64,000 bases of DNA from Macrostomum lignano (lineage: Eukaryota): contig NIVC01001698.1 in the NCBI GenBank assembly GCA_002269645.1, forward strand, positions 124,001 to 188,000, written 5' to 3'. Positions 1 to 13,085 of the stretch are shown here, piece after piece. Position 1 is the stretch's first letter. Every line of letters starts with the position of its first letter. Position numbers and translations under genes: made by a program. Under the pieces are notes generated by a model. The model did not search any database. It had not been told where the DNA came from and was given only the letters and a program-made list of their open reading frames with translations.

Positions 1-413
1 CAAAGTGGGTAAAAACTATTATTTTTCAGATTGAGTTGCCTGTCCGCTCAAGTGTACGTAAAATTGTTCTGTTGGTAACTCTTATTCATAGGAGTATTTG
101 AGGTTGCCGTTTGGAAATAATAAGCGGTTGCTGCTCAACCCACTATGTAGTTCATGCCGCAGTAATGTGTTATTCGGTAATCTTTTCATCTGGCTAACAG
201 TTTGCTTCTAAAGGCAGGCCAAAGAACTTGTTATTCCATTCTTGTCACACTACTTATTAATTAAGTAGTTCTGCGTATTTTAAGCTTGCATCCGATACTT
301 GACTTATAATAAAATAGTTTTGATAGAAAAGGAATCTGAGATAGTAGGGCGGGGAGTGAAATGAGAGGAGCAGAGGATGAGAGATAAGATTATTAATAAA
401 GGGCGAGATGTTC

Positions 414-738
414 GCGAGGGAAGGGTGAGACGGGACACGTGAGGGAAGGGTGAGACGGGACACGTGAGGGAAGGGTGAGACGGACACGTGAGGGAATGGT
501 GAGACGGACACGTGAGGGAATGGTGAGACGGACACGTGAGGGAATGGTGAGACGGACACGTGAGGGAAGGGTGAGACGGACACGCGAGGGAAGGGTGAGA
601 CGGACACGTGAGGGAATGGTGAGACGGACACGTGAGGGAAGGGTGAGACGGACACGTGAGGGAAGGGTGAGACGGACACGCGAGGGAAGGGTGAGACGGG
701 ACACGCAAGGGAAGGGTGAGACGCAGGAGAGGGTGAGA
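414..738. repeat. Intronic minisatellite, 24-25 bp unit GGGAAGGGTGAGACGGACACGTGA
   Basis: About 13 tandem copies in the ACC intron upstream of exon 893. Confidence 0.95.
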
Positions 739-892
739 CAGAAAGAAAATGAGGATAAAGGAGTGACCGGAATGCTGTCTAAATCTATAACTCAACTAAT
801 GCCTTTGAACTTTAATACTTGTTGCTAAAATGCTAGTGAGCTACTGTAAGTAGAGCAATCAGCACACAAACCTTTCCCGCCATTCCCGCCAG

Positions 893-3800
893 GCACAAGA
901 CGCCAACCAAGCGGTTCTCCATCGCTTCCATCGAGCAGCCCGTCAACGACAGCTACGAGTCGCTCACCGACTCTCAGGAGGTGCCGAATGGCGCCGAGTC
1001 CGCCTTCGTCCAGGCCGGAACTGCAGTGGCCACCGGCCACAAGCGCTCGCCGTCCACGGGCTCCCGGCACCAGGCCGATGGCGGCCACATGAAACGAATC
1101 GGCTCGGCCACTAGCCTGCAGGCCTACTCAACCACCAGCTCCTACGGGGAGAACCTGGCCCTGTTGGATGTGTGCCTGTTCCCGCCGCCCTGCCAGCGGA
1201 TGGGCGCGATGACCGCCTTCGCCTCGCTGCAGGAGTTCGAGAGCAGCTTTGACGAAGTGCTGGACAGGTTCAAGATCAGCCCGCCGCAGAGTCCGTATCC
1301 GGGAGCGCAGGAGAGCGCCCCTATTGCTTTCCAGGGCCCGCCCTACGAGACTGTGAGTGCAGCTTGCCAGGGGAATTATCCGGGACAGGAACTTTGCACT
1401 TTGCTGGGTTGGGAATTATCAGGGACAGGGAACTTTGCACTTTGCTGGGTGGGGAATTATCCGGGACAGGAACTTTGCACTTTGCTGGATGGGGAATTAT
1501 CAGGGACAGGAACTTTGCACTTTGCTGGGTGGGGAATTATCCGGGACAGGAACTTTGCACTTTGCTGGGTGGGGAATTATCAGGGACAGGAACTTTGATA
1601 GATGGGGAATTATCCGGGACAGGGAACTTTGATAGATGGGGAATTATCCGGGACAGGGAACTTTGATAGATGGGGAATTATCCGGGACAGGGAATTCTCT
1701 GCTGGTGGGGAATTATCAGGGACAGGAAACTTTACTTAGTGGGGAATTATCCGGGACAGGGAATTCTCTGCTGGGTAGGGAGTTATCAGGGACAGGAGAC
1801 TCTCTGCTAGGTGGGGAATTATCCGGGACAGTGAATTCTCTGCTGGGTGGGGAATTATCAGGGACAGGGAATTTTGCTAGGTGGAGAATTATCCGGGACA
1901 GGGAATTCTCTGTTGGGTGGAGAATTATCTGGGACAGGGAACTTTGCTAGGTGGGGAATTATCCAGGACAGGGAATTCTCTGCTGGGTAGGGAATTATCA
2001 GGGACAGGGAACTCTCTGCTGGGTGGGGAATTATCCGGAACAGGGGAATTTGCTAGGTGGGGAATTATCCGGGACAGGGAACTTAATGGGGAATTATCCG
2101 GGACAGGGAATTCTCTGCTGGGTGGGGAATTATCAGGGACAGGGAATTCTCTGCTGGGTGGGGAATTATCAGGGACAGGGAATTCTCTGCTGGGTGGAGA
2201 ATTATCTGGGACAGGGAATTCTCTGTTAACTTTGGAGGTAAGGAGTTCTCTAGTTTGACGGGATTATCCAATTGCAAAGGAAATCCTCTATTTTGTGGAG
2301 ATAGCTTGTATCTGTTTAAGAATTTTTTTTTACTTTGTTAAGGAAAAATACCTCACTTTCTACTTACTAGTTCTCGTTGCAGTAGCGTTACGCGCATGCA
2401 CCCGATGCTGTCACTCATCACCCTGCGCAGGACAACCCGCTGGAGGAGCCAATCCACATCATCAACATGGCTATCCGGCTGTCGCAGTTGGACTTTGAAG
2501 GCATGTCCGGCCACAGCCTGGACAACCACCTGAGCGCCAAGCTGAAGCGCGCCATCGCGTCCAGGTCGGATTTGATGAAGGAGCGGGGAATTCGACGTGT
2601 CACCTTCATCTGCGTGCTGCACGTGAGTTTCCTGGAATGGGAGTTGGCGGCACTACTATATTCTACTGTATATTTTACCCTATTGTAATTAAATTCTACC
2701 CTACTGTAGTTATATTCTTCCCTACTGTGGTTATATTCTATCCTACTGTAGTTATATTCTGCCCTACCGTGGTTATATTCTACCCTACTGTAGTTATACT
2801 CTACCCTACTGTGGTTATATTCTACCCTACTGTGGTTATATTCTACCCTACTGTGGTTATATTCTACCCTACTGTGGTTATATTCTACCCGACTGTAGTT
2901 ATATTTCTACCCTACTGTGGTTATATTTCTACCCTACTGTAGTTATATTCTACCCTACTGTGGTTATATTCTTCCCTACTGTGGTTATATTCTTCCCTAC
3001 TGAGGTTATATTCTACCCTACTGAGGTTATATTCTTCCCTACTGTAGTTATATTCTTCCCTACTGAGGTTATATTCTTCCCTACTGTAGTTATATTCTTC
3101 CCTACTGAGGTTATATTCTACCCTACTGAGGTTATATTCTACCCTACTGTGGTTATATTCTACCCTAATGTTGTATTCTACCCTACTGTGGTTATATTCT
3201 ACTCTACTGTGGTTATATTCTACCCTACTGAGGTTATATTCTACCCTACTGTAGTTATATTCTTCCCTACTGTGGTTATATTCTTCCCTACTGTGGTTAT
3301 ATCTTTTCTATCCTACTGTAGTTATATTCTTCCCTACTGTAGTTATATTCTTCCCTACTGAGGTTATATTCTTCCCTACTGTAGTTATATTCTTCCCTAC
3401 TGTGGTTATATTCTTCCCTACTGAGGTTATATTCTACCCTACTGAGGTTATATTCTACCCTACTGTGGTTATATTCTACCCTAATGTTGTATTCTACCCT
3501 ACTGTGGTTATATTCTACCCTACTGTGGTTATATTCTACCTACTGAGGTTATATTCTACCCTACTGTAGTTATATTCTTCCCTACTGTGGTTATATTCTA
3601 CCCTACTGAGGTTATATTCTTCCCTACTGTGGTTATATTCTTCCCTACTAAGGTTATATTCTACCCTACTGAGGTTATATTCTACCCTACTGTAGTTATA
3701 TTCTTCCCTACTGTGGTTATATTCTTCCCTACTGTGGTTATATCTTTTCTATCCTACTGTAGTTATATTCTGCCCTACCGTAGTTATATTCTACCCTAAT

Positions 3801-6800
3801 GTTGTTGTATTCTACCCTACTGAGGTTATATTCTACCCTGCTGTAGTTATATTCTACCCTACCGTGGTTAAATTCTACTATGGGTATATTCGACCCTACT
3901 AATGCACAATACTGATTCCCCAAACCCGGCCGCAGCGCGACTACCCCAAGTACTTCACATTCCGGTGCCGCGACGGCTACGCGGAGGACGTGGTGTACCG
4001 GCACCTCGAGCCGGCCCTGGCCTTCCAGCTGGAGATCAACAGGCTGCGCAACTTTGAGCTGGAGACGCTAGACGTGCCGAACCACCGGATGCACCTGTAC
4101 CTGGCCAAGGCCCAGCAGGTGGCCAGCGCCTTCCCCGTCACCGACTATCGGTTCTTCGCCCGCTGCATCATCCGGCACGCCGACCTGGTGACCAAGGAGG
4201 CCTCGTTTGACTATTTGAAGCACGAGGCCGAGAGAGTCATTTTGGAGGCCTTGGACTCCATCGAGCTGGCCTTCGGCACGAACCCGGACGCGCAGCGCAC
4301 CGACTGCAACCACATCTTCATCAACTTCGTGCCGACCCTCACCCTGACGGACATGAAGCAGCTGGAGGACACGGTGCTGCGCATGGTGTACCGCTACGGC
4401 GACAGGTTCTGGAAGCTGCGCATCCTGCAGGCCGAGATCAAGCTGTGCGTCAGGGAGTCGCCGACCGGCCGCGGCAGCCCCATCCGCATCGTGCTGTCCA
4501 ACGAGTCCGGCGTCAGCCTGGCCTACCACGTCTACAACGAGGTGACGGACTCCAAGACCGGCCAGACGATTTTCTCCGCTCATGAGTCGGCCAGCTCGCC
4601 GGGCCCTCTGCAGAACATGTCGCTCAATACGCCCTACCAGACCAAGGACCATATGCAGGTGAAGCGGTCTCTGGCTAACAACTTCGGCACTACCTATGTG
4701 TACGACTTTCCGGATCTGTTTATGCAGGTGAGCAAGTCGCATTCTATGATGTAATACTCCTATTCTGATTCTGAGCAGGTGTGTGCACTAGTCTACATCT
4801 CTTACCCATCCCTTCCGCAGGCGCTGCAAACCGCCTGGACGTCGGCGGCCCTGTCGCCGCCGCAGGAGCTGCTGCAGTGCCGCGAGCTGGTGCTCAGCAC
4901 CGACGGCCAGCTGGTCGAGCAGAACCGGCCGCGCGGCTCCAACGACATCGGCATGGTCGCCTGGGAGATGCGCGCCAAGACGCCGCAGTATCCGGACGGC
5001 CGCCGCTTCATTGTCATCGCCAACGACATCACCCATCTGGTGGGCAGCTTTGGCGTCAAGGAGGACCAGCTGTACCACCGGGCCTCTGAGCGGGCGCGCC
5101 GGCTGCGTGTGCCCCGGATTTACCTGGCCGCCAACAGCGGCGCTCGCATCGGCCTGTCCGAGGAGGTCCGGCGCAGCTTCCGAGTGGCTTGGGAGGATCC
5201 CGCCGATCCACACTCCGGAGTCAAGTAAGATTTCGGTTTCTGTGCCGCGTAGCAACCGCCCTCTACCTGCCATAGCAGCCACCTCGCCAGGTACATACCT
5301 GTTCCAGGTACCTGAAGTTCACGCGGCAACCCCTCACTTTACAGCCAGATCACATAGCAACCACTCCTACCGTACAGGTACCCGAATGTCACAGCAACCA
5401 CTCCCACCCTGCAGGTACCCGAATGTCACATAGCAACCACTCCCACCCTGCAGGTACCCGAATGTCACATAGCAACCACTCCTACCCTACAGGTACCCGA
5501 TTGTCACATAGCAACCACTCCTACCCTACAGGTACCCGAATGTCACATAGCAACCACTCCTACCCTACAGGTACCCGAATGTCACATAGCAACCACTCCC
5601 ACCCTGCAGGTACCTGTACCTCACTCCGGAGGACTACAAGCGCCTGTCGCCCTACGTCGCTTGTCAGTTGGTCGAAGAGGCCGGCGAGAGTCGCTACCGA
5701 CTGTCCGACATCTACGGCAAAGAGACCGGCTTGGGCGTTGAGAACCTGCGCGGCAGCGGTCTTATCGCCGGCGAGACGTCGCGCGCCTACAACGAAGTGG
5801 TGACCATGTCGCTGGTCACCTGCCGCTCTATTGGCATCGGCGCCTACGTTGTCCGTCTGGGCCAGCGGGTCGTTCAGCGGGAGAATTCCCACATCATTCT
5901 GACTGGAGCGCAGGCGCTCAACAAACTACTCGGTCGGGAGGTGCGTCTATCGGGCTCTCTGAATTGTTTGCATTGTCACTTGGGGTCATTGTCACTTGAT
6001 TAGGTTCACTGGAGTCCTTGGGGACTGAAGTTGAGAAGGGTCCCATGAGAACAGCGGTTGATGGGAGTCACTGAGAGATTTGGGGTCACTGAAAGATTTA
6101 GGGTCACTGAAAGATTTGGGGTCACTGTAAGATTTGGGGTCACTGAAAGATTTGGGGTCACTGTAAGATTTGGGGTCACTGTAAGATTCGGGGTCACTGA
6201 AGTATTTGGGGTCACTGAAAGATTTGGGGTCACTGAGAGATTTGGGGTCACTGAATGGTTCGTATTCCACTGAACAGCTGAGCGCCACGAAATCCAGATC
6301 ACTTCTTTTTTTCAAATTTCACCTACATAGTCAAATTTATCATGTAGAATTGCATAATGCATTGCAAAACCCGATTTCGCAGGTGTACACCTCGTCCGAC
6401 CAGCTGGGCGGCCCCCAGATTATGGGCACCAACGGCGTCAGTCACCAGGTGGTCTCCAGCGACCTGGATGGAGTTCGCACCCTGCTCAAGTGGCTCTCCT
6501 ACATCCCGGCCACCAAGGACTCACCGCTGCCGGTCTACCTGGCCAGCCCGCCCGACCCCATCGAGCGGCCGGTGGGATTCGATCCCTCCCCAACGCCCTA
6601 CGATCCCCGCCTGATGCTGCGCGCCTTCTTTGACGCCGGCTCGTTCAACGAGATCCTTGAGCACTGGGGCGCCACCGTGGTCTGCGGCCGCGCCCGCCTC
6701 GGCGGCATCCCCTGCGGCGCTGTGGCCGTGGAGACTCGCACAGTGGAGGTGCAAATGCCGGCCGACCCGGCCAATCCCGAGTCGGACGCTCGCACCACCT

Positions 6801-9800
6801 CGCAGGCCGGCCAGGTCTGGTTCCCGGACAGCGCGTTTAAAACCTCCGCTGCTATTCGCGACTTCGGCCGCGAGGGCCTCCCGCTGATGGTGTTCGCCAA
6901 CTGGAGGGGCTTCTCCGGCGGCATGAAGGACATGCACGACCAGGTGATTGGCTGCTGGCCTGTGCCCTGCTTTGTGTGGCTTGCGAAAGCTATGCGCGTG
7001 TGTCAGTAGCTATGCGCGTGTGTCAGTACCTATGCGCGTGTGTCAGTAGCTATGCGCGTGTGTCAGTAGCTGTGCGCGTGTGTCAGTAGCTATGCGCATG
7101 TGTCAGTAGCTGATATGAGTATGTGTCAGTAGCTGATATGAGTATGTGTCAGTAGCTGATATGAGTATGTGTCAGTAGCTGATATGAGTATGTGTCAGTA
7201 GCTGATATGAATATGTGTCAGTAGCTGGTATGAGTATGTGTCAGTAGCTGATATGAGTATGTGTCAGTAGCTGATATGAGTATGTGTCAGTAGCTGATAT
7301 GAATATGTGTCAGTAGCTGGTATGAGTATGTGTCAGTAGCTGATATGAGTATGTGTCAGTAGCTGATATGAGAATGTGTCAGTAGCTATATGAGTATGTG
7401 TCAGTAGCTGATATGAGAATGTGTCAGTAGCTATATGAGTATGTGTCAGTAGCTACTTTTTCTAGGTGATGTAGCTGATGGCAGTGCCCTTTTTAATAGT
7501 TGCTTTAAGAAATATCGGAAAAAAGAGATTTTTTGCATAAGATATTTTTCTGCTATCCACTCTTATAACACCCTGGCCGATTCCACTCAGATCCTGAAGT
7601 TCGGCGCCATGATAGTGGACGCCCTGTGCAAGTACCCCAGCCCCGTGATGGTCTACATACCGCCGCAGGCTGAGCTGCGCGGCGGCGCCTGGGTTGTCAT
7701 CGACCCGTCAATCAACCCGGACATGATGGAGATGTACGCTGACGCCGACTGCCGCGGCGGGGTGCTGGAGCCCGAGGGCACCATCGAGATTCGCTACAGG
7801 GAGCGGGAGCTGGTCAAGACCATGCAACGGCTGGACGACCGCTGCGCCGCGCTGCTCAAAGCCGTGTCAACCGGCGGCGACGCCGAGGCGGCCAGGTCGG
7901 CTGAGCGGGCCCTGCTGGCCAGGCAGAAAGAGCTGCTGCCGGCCTACACGCAGGTGGCGCTGCGCTTCGCCGACCTGCACGACACGCCTGGCCGGATGCT
8001 GGAGAAGGTGGGCTGCGGGTTTTGGGAAGATGGGTCAAGATTGGGTCAAGCTGGAGCATATTGGGTCAAGCTGGAGCATATTGGGTCAAGTTGGAGCATA
8101 TTGGGTCAAGTTGGAGTATATTGGGTCAAGTTGGAGCATATTGGGTCAAGTTGGAGCATATTGGGTCAAGCTGGAGCATATTGGGTCAAGTTGGAGCATA
8201 TTGGGTCAAGTTGGAGCATATTGGGTCAAGTTGGAGCATATTGGGTCAAGTTGGAGCATATTGGGTCAAGTTGGAGCAGATTAGGTCAAGTTGGAGTATA
8301 TTGGGTCAAGTTGGAGTATATTGGGTCAAATCGGAGCATTTTGGGTCAAGTTGGAGCATATTGGGTCAAGTTGGAGCATATTGGGTCAAGTTGGAGCATA
8401 TTGGGTCAAGCTGGAGCATATTGGGTCAAGTTGGAGCATATTGGGTCAAGTTGGAGCATATTGGGTCAAGTTGGAGCATATTGGGTCAAGTTGGAGCATA
8501 TTGGGTCAAGTTGGAGCATATTGGGTCAAGTTGGAGTATATTGGGTCAAGTTGGAGCATATTGGGTCAAGTTGGAGTATATTGGGTCAAGTTGGAGTATA
8601 TTGGGTCAAATCGGAGCATTTTGGGTCAAGTTGGAGCATATTGGGTCAAGTTGGAGCATATTGGGTCAAGTTGGAGCATATTGGGTCACGTTGGAGTATA
8701 TTGGGTCAAGATTGGGTCAAGCTGAAGCATATTGGGTCAAGATTGGGTCAAGCTGAAGCATATTGGGTCAAGATTTGGTCAATATTGGGTCCAGCTGGAG
8801 CTTTTTGGGTTAAGTTGGAGCATATTGGGTCAAGATTGTGTTAAGTTGGAGCATATTGGGTCAAGTTGGAGCATATTGGGTCATGATTGGGTCAAGTTGG
8901 AGCATATTGGGTCAAATTGGAGTATATTGGGTCAAGTCGGAGCATATTGGGTCAAGTTGGAGCATATTGGATCAAGTTGGAGCATATTGGATCAAGTTGG
9001 AGCATATTGGGTCAAATTGGAGTATATTGGGTCAAGTTGGAGCATATTGGATCAAGTTGGAGCATATTGGATCAAGTTGGAGTATATTGGGTCAAGATTG
9101 GGTCAAGCTGAAGCATATTGGGTCAAGATTTGGTCAATATTGGGTCCAGCTGGAGCTTTTTGGGTTAAGTTGGAGCATATTGGGTCAAGTTGGAGCATAT
9201 TGGGTCAAGCTGGAGCATATTGGGTCAAGTTGGAGCATATTGGGTCAAGTTGGAGCATATTGGGTCAAGTTGGAGCATATTGGGTCAAGTTGGAGCATAT
9301 TGGGTCAAGTTGGAGCAGATTAGGTCAAGTTGGAGTATATTGGGTCAAGTTGGAGTATATTGGGTCAAATCGGAGCATTTTGGGTCAAGTTGGAGCATAT
9401 TGGGTCAAGTTGGAGCATATTGGGTCAAGTTGGAGCATATTGGGTCACGTTGGAGTATATTGGGTCAAGATTGGGTCAAGCTGAAGCATATTGGGTCAAG
9501 ATTGGGTCAAGCTGAAGCATATTGGGTCAAGATTTGGTCAATATTGGGTCCAGCTGGAGCTTTTTGGGTTAAGTTGGAGCATATTGGGTCAAGATTGTGT
9601 TAAGTTGGAGCATATTGGGTCAAGTTGGAGCATATTGGGTCATGATTGGGTCAAGTTGGAGCATATTGGGTCAAATTGGAGTATATTGGGTCAAGTCGGA
9701 GCATATTGGGTCAAGTTGGAGCATATTGGATCAAGTTGGAGCATATTGGATCAAGTTGGAGCATATTGGGTCAAATTGGAGTATATTGGGTCAAGTTGGA

Positions 9801-12041
9801 GCATATTGGATCAAGTTGGAGCATATTGGATCAAGTTGGAGTATATTGGGTCAAGATTGGGTCAAGCTGAAGCATATTGGGTCAAGATTTGGTCAATATT
9901 GGGTCCAGCTGGAGCTTTTTGGGTTAAGTTGGAGCATATTGGGTCAAGTTGGAGCATATTGGGTCAAGCTGGAGCATATTGGGTCAAGTTGGAGCATATT
10001 GGGTCAAGTTGGAGCATATTGGGTCAAGTTGGAGCATATTGGGTCAAGTTGAAGCATATTGGGTCAAGTTGGAGCAGATTAGGTCAAGTTGGAGTATATT
10101 GGGTCAAGTTGGAGTATATTGGGTCAAATCGGAGCATTTTGGGTCAAGTTGGAGCATATTGGGTCAAGTTGGAGCATATTGGGTCAAGTTGGAGCATATT
10201 GGGTCACGTTGGAGTATATTGGGTCAAGATTGGGTCAAGCTGAAGCATATTGGGTCAAGATTGGGTCAAGCTGAAGCATATTGGGTCAAGATTTGGTCAA
10301 TATTGGGTCCAGCTGGAGCTTTTTGGGTTAAGTTGGAGCATATTGGGTCAAGATTGTGTTAAGTTGGAGCATATTGGGTCAAGTTGGAGCATATTGGGTC
10401 ATGATTGGGTCAAGTTGGAGCATATTGGGTCAAATTGGAGTATATTGGGTCAAATTGGAGTATATTGGGTCAAATTGGAGTATATTGGGTCAAATTGGAG
10501 TATATTGGGTCAAATTGGAGTATATTGGGTCAAGTCGGAGCATATTGGGTCAAGTTGGAGCATATTGGGTCAAGTTGGAGCATATTGGATCAAGTTGGAG
10601 CATATTGGGTCATGATTGGGTCAAGTTGGAGCATATTGGGTCAAATTGGAGTATATTGGGTCAAGTTGGAGCATATTGGATCAAGTTGGAGCATATTGGG
10701 TCATGATTGGGTCAAGTCGGAGCATATTGGGTCAAGTTGGAGCATATTGGGTCATGATTGGGTCAAGTCGGAGCATATTGGGTCAAGTTGGAGCATATTG
10801 GATCAAGTTGGAGCATATTGGATCAAGTTGGAGCATATTGGGTCATGATTGGGTCAAGTTGGAGCATATTGGGTCAAATTAGAGTATATTGGGTCAAGTC
10901 GGAGCATATTGGGTCAAATTGGAGTATATTGGGTCAAGTCGGAGCATATTGGGTCAAGTTGGAGCATATTGGATCAAGTTGGAGCATATTGGATCAAGTT
11001 GGAGCATATTGGGTCATGATTGGGTCAAGTTGGAGCATATTGGGTCAAATTGGAGTATATTGGGTCAAGTCGGAGCATATTGGGTCAAGTTGGAGCATAT
11101 TGGATCAAGTTGGAGCATATTGGGTCAAGTTGGAGCATATTGGGTCAAGTTGGAGCATATTGGGTCAAGTTGGAGCATATTGGGTCATGATTGGGTCAAG
11201 TTGGAGTATATTGGTTCAGGATTAAGTCAAGTTAAAGTATATTGGGTCAAGATTAGGTCAAGTTGGAGCAGATTAGGTCAAGTTGGAGCATATTGGGTCA
11301 ACTTTGGGAAATCGGATCAAGATTAAGTCAAGGCTGAGCAGATTGGGTTAAGGCTGCGATATCAGTCAAGATTAGGTAAGGTCAAAGTTGGTCAAATTGA
11401 GTAAAGGTTATGAAAATCAAAGTTTAGATCAAGAAAGTAACAAATTGGGTCACGGCTGAGATGATTAGGTCCAAGGTTGAGCAGATTGTGTCACTGTTGG
11501 TCTTAGCCTGCTGTTTCCACAAAGTCGCGCAACCGCCGTTCTCTACCCGCAGGGCTGCATCTCGGCAGTCATCCGCTGGGAGTCGGCGCGCCCATTTTTT
11601 TACCACCGCCTGCGCCGGCGCCTAGCAGAGGAGCGCGCACTCCGCGTCATCCAGGTGCCAACCGGACAGTCGCGCGCCGCCTGCCTGTCCTCGCTGCGCC
11701 GGCTGTTCCTGGACACGCAGACGGGCTCGGCGGCCTCCGCCCACTACGACTCAGACAACGCCGCAGTGGCCGACTGGCTGTCCGAGCAGCTGGCCGAGTT
11801 CGAGTCCGGCCAGTCCTCAGGCTCCCTGGCGGGCCACATTACCCAATGCCGCCGCGACCATGCGCTTGCCCAGATGCAATCGTTGCTAAGCAGCAATCCC
11901 AGTGTTGCTATGGACGCCGTGGTGCACGCGCTGGGCACGATGGCTCCTGAGGAGCGGGCCAGGGTGGAGACCTACCTGGGCAGCCTGTCTGGCCGGGTGG
12001 CAGCCGAGCCGGGGCAGCAGACGCGGGTGAACTTTTCCTGA
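893..12041 (+). CDS. ACC: Acetyl-CoA carboxylase, 3' part (central region plus carboxyltransferase domains); 5' exons lie upstream of the window
   Basis: Exons with AG/GT ends and consistent phases: 893-1352, 2431-2622, 3936-4727, 4821-5224, 5610-5940, 6383-6943, 7591-8007, 11553-12041 (stop TGA); an upstream intron runs off the window start. ACC motifs: [108 protein letters not shown]. Confidence 0.97.
1371..2224. repeat. Intronic minisatellite, 33-40 bp units with core GGGAATTATC(C/A)GGGACAGG
   Basis: Tandem array in ACC intron 1353-2430; the unit variant changes along the array. Confidence 0.95.
2695..3870. repeat. Intronic minisatellite, 21 bp unit CTACCCTACTGTGGTTATATT
   Basis: Tandem array in ACC intron 2623-3935. 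Confidence 0.95.
5350..5613. repeat. Intronic minisatellite, 39 bp unit containing CAG|GTAC, ending in the true acceptor
   Basis: AG at 5376, 5413, 5452, 5491, 5530, 5569 and 5608; the last one is the acceptor of the exon starting at 5610. Confidence 0.93.
6066..6253. repeat. Intronic minisatellite, 18 bp unit ATTTGGGGTCACTGAAAG
   Basis: About 10 copies in ACC intron 5941-6382. Confidence 0.93.
6991..7453. repeat. Intronic minisatellite, 20-23 bp unit with core TGTGTCAGTAGCT
   Basis: Tandem array in ACC intron 6944-7590. Confidence 0.93.
8032..11300. repeat. Intronic satellite, 20 bp unit TTGGAGCATATTGGGTCAAG, with a 759 bp higher-order repeat
   Basis: Fills ACC intron 8008-11552; near-identical ORF translations start at 8732, 9491 and 10250 (period 759). 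Confidence 0.96.
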
Positions 12042-13085
12042 TCTGCTTCGTCGCAGGGTCATTCCGGGTCACAGTGCCGTCCCTCGGGCTTCATTGCGCT
12101 ATTTTCATTGACGTTTCTTTAACCGTACGCTTCCGCCGCTTTGTGAACAGATGTTGCCTTAGATACTGGGATTTCCCTTGGATACGAGATTCCCCTTAAA
12201 TACGGGAATTTCCCTTGGATACGAAATCGACCTTAAAAATGGGGATTTCCCTTGGATACGAGATTCCCAGTAGATATGTAATTCATCGGAGATTAATTCT
12301 ATTAACTTCTGAGCAAGTGCAACTCAAAAGGTTAAGGAAATTCTTATCTACAAAAAAGCTTCACTATTATTGTTGCTAAGCGGTTGGTAATTTTTTTTTA
12401 AATGTTGCCTCTTTAGCGTTGCGACTTTCTTCGGCGTTGTTCCTGTTTTGCTTTTCTCTGCCCAAATTTTTTTCGCTTCCTTGCCCGACCAGATAATTTA
12501 TAGGAATTGATTTTTTGTGAATAGAAAAATCCCCAGGCACCGTCCTCCCGCACCAGAATAGCAAAGTTTTTCAGTGTAATAAGTTAATAACAAACTTTTG
12601 TAACCGCTTGACTCCATGATTTGCCTGCAATATTTAATTTCCTTTTCGCCCAGATATTTTCTGCAACTGTCTGCCTGTTAGCGAGATCAACTTCCCCCTT
12701 AGCAGAGCGCGTTGATTTCTGATTCTAACTGCTGCAAGCTCGGCACGGACCTTCTGTCTCTCATTCGCTGGCGCGACAATGCAGTCCAATTTGTTTGTTT
12801 TCATTTCTCTCTGGGCTCTTTGTTTTCCTGCTGCATAGTCTTTGTTGCTCTACATGTACTTCTTCTGCTGCGTTTTGCTAGCTCCCGACACCTTTTTCTA
12901 CTGCGTGCTCATCGGCAGGTGTTCAAAAACTTTCTGACTGCCTTTGTTTTTGTTTTGCATTCAACTGGATAGCAGGGCATGAACTAAACACAATACACTG
13001 TATGCGACTGCGGATATGCCCGGAACTATTCCACTAATACCTCAGCTGCTGCTTCCGCCTCCGCTCTTTTATTGGGATTGCGGCT

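Noticed and set aside
8008-11326. Long ORFs running through tandem arrays (also 2637-3799, 36050-37006, 38731-39699, 39833-40570, 57560-58236)
   Set aside because: Stop-free frames are a by-product of the repeat unit; they lie in introns defined by phase-consistent splice sites.
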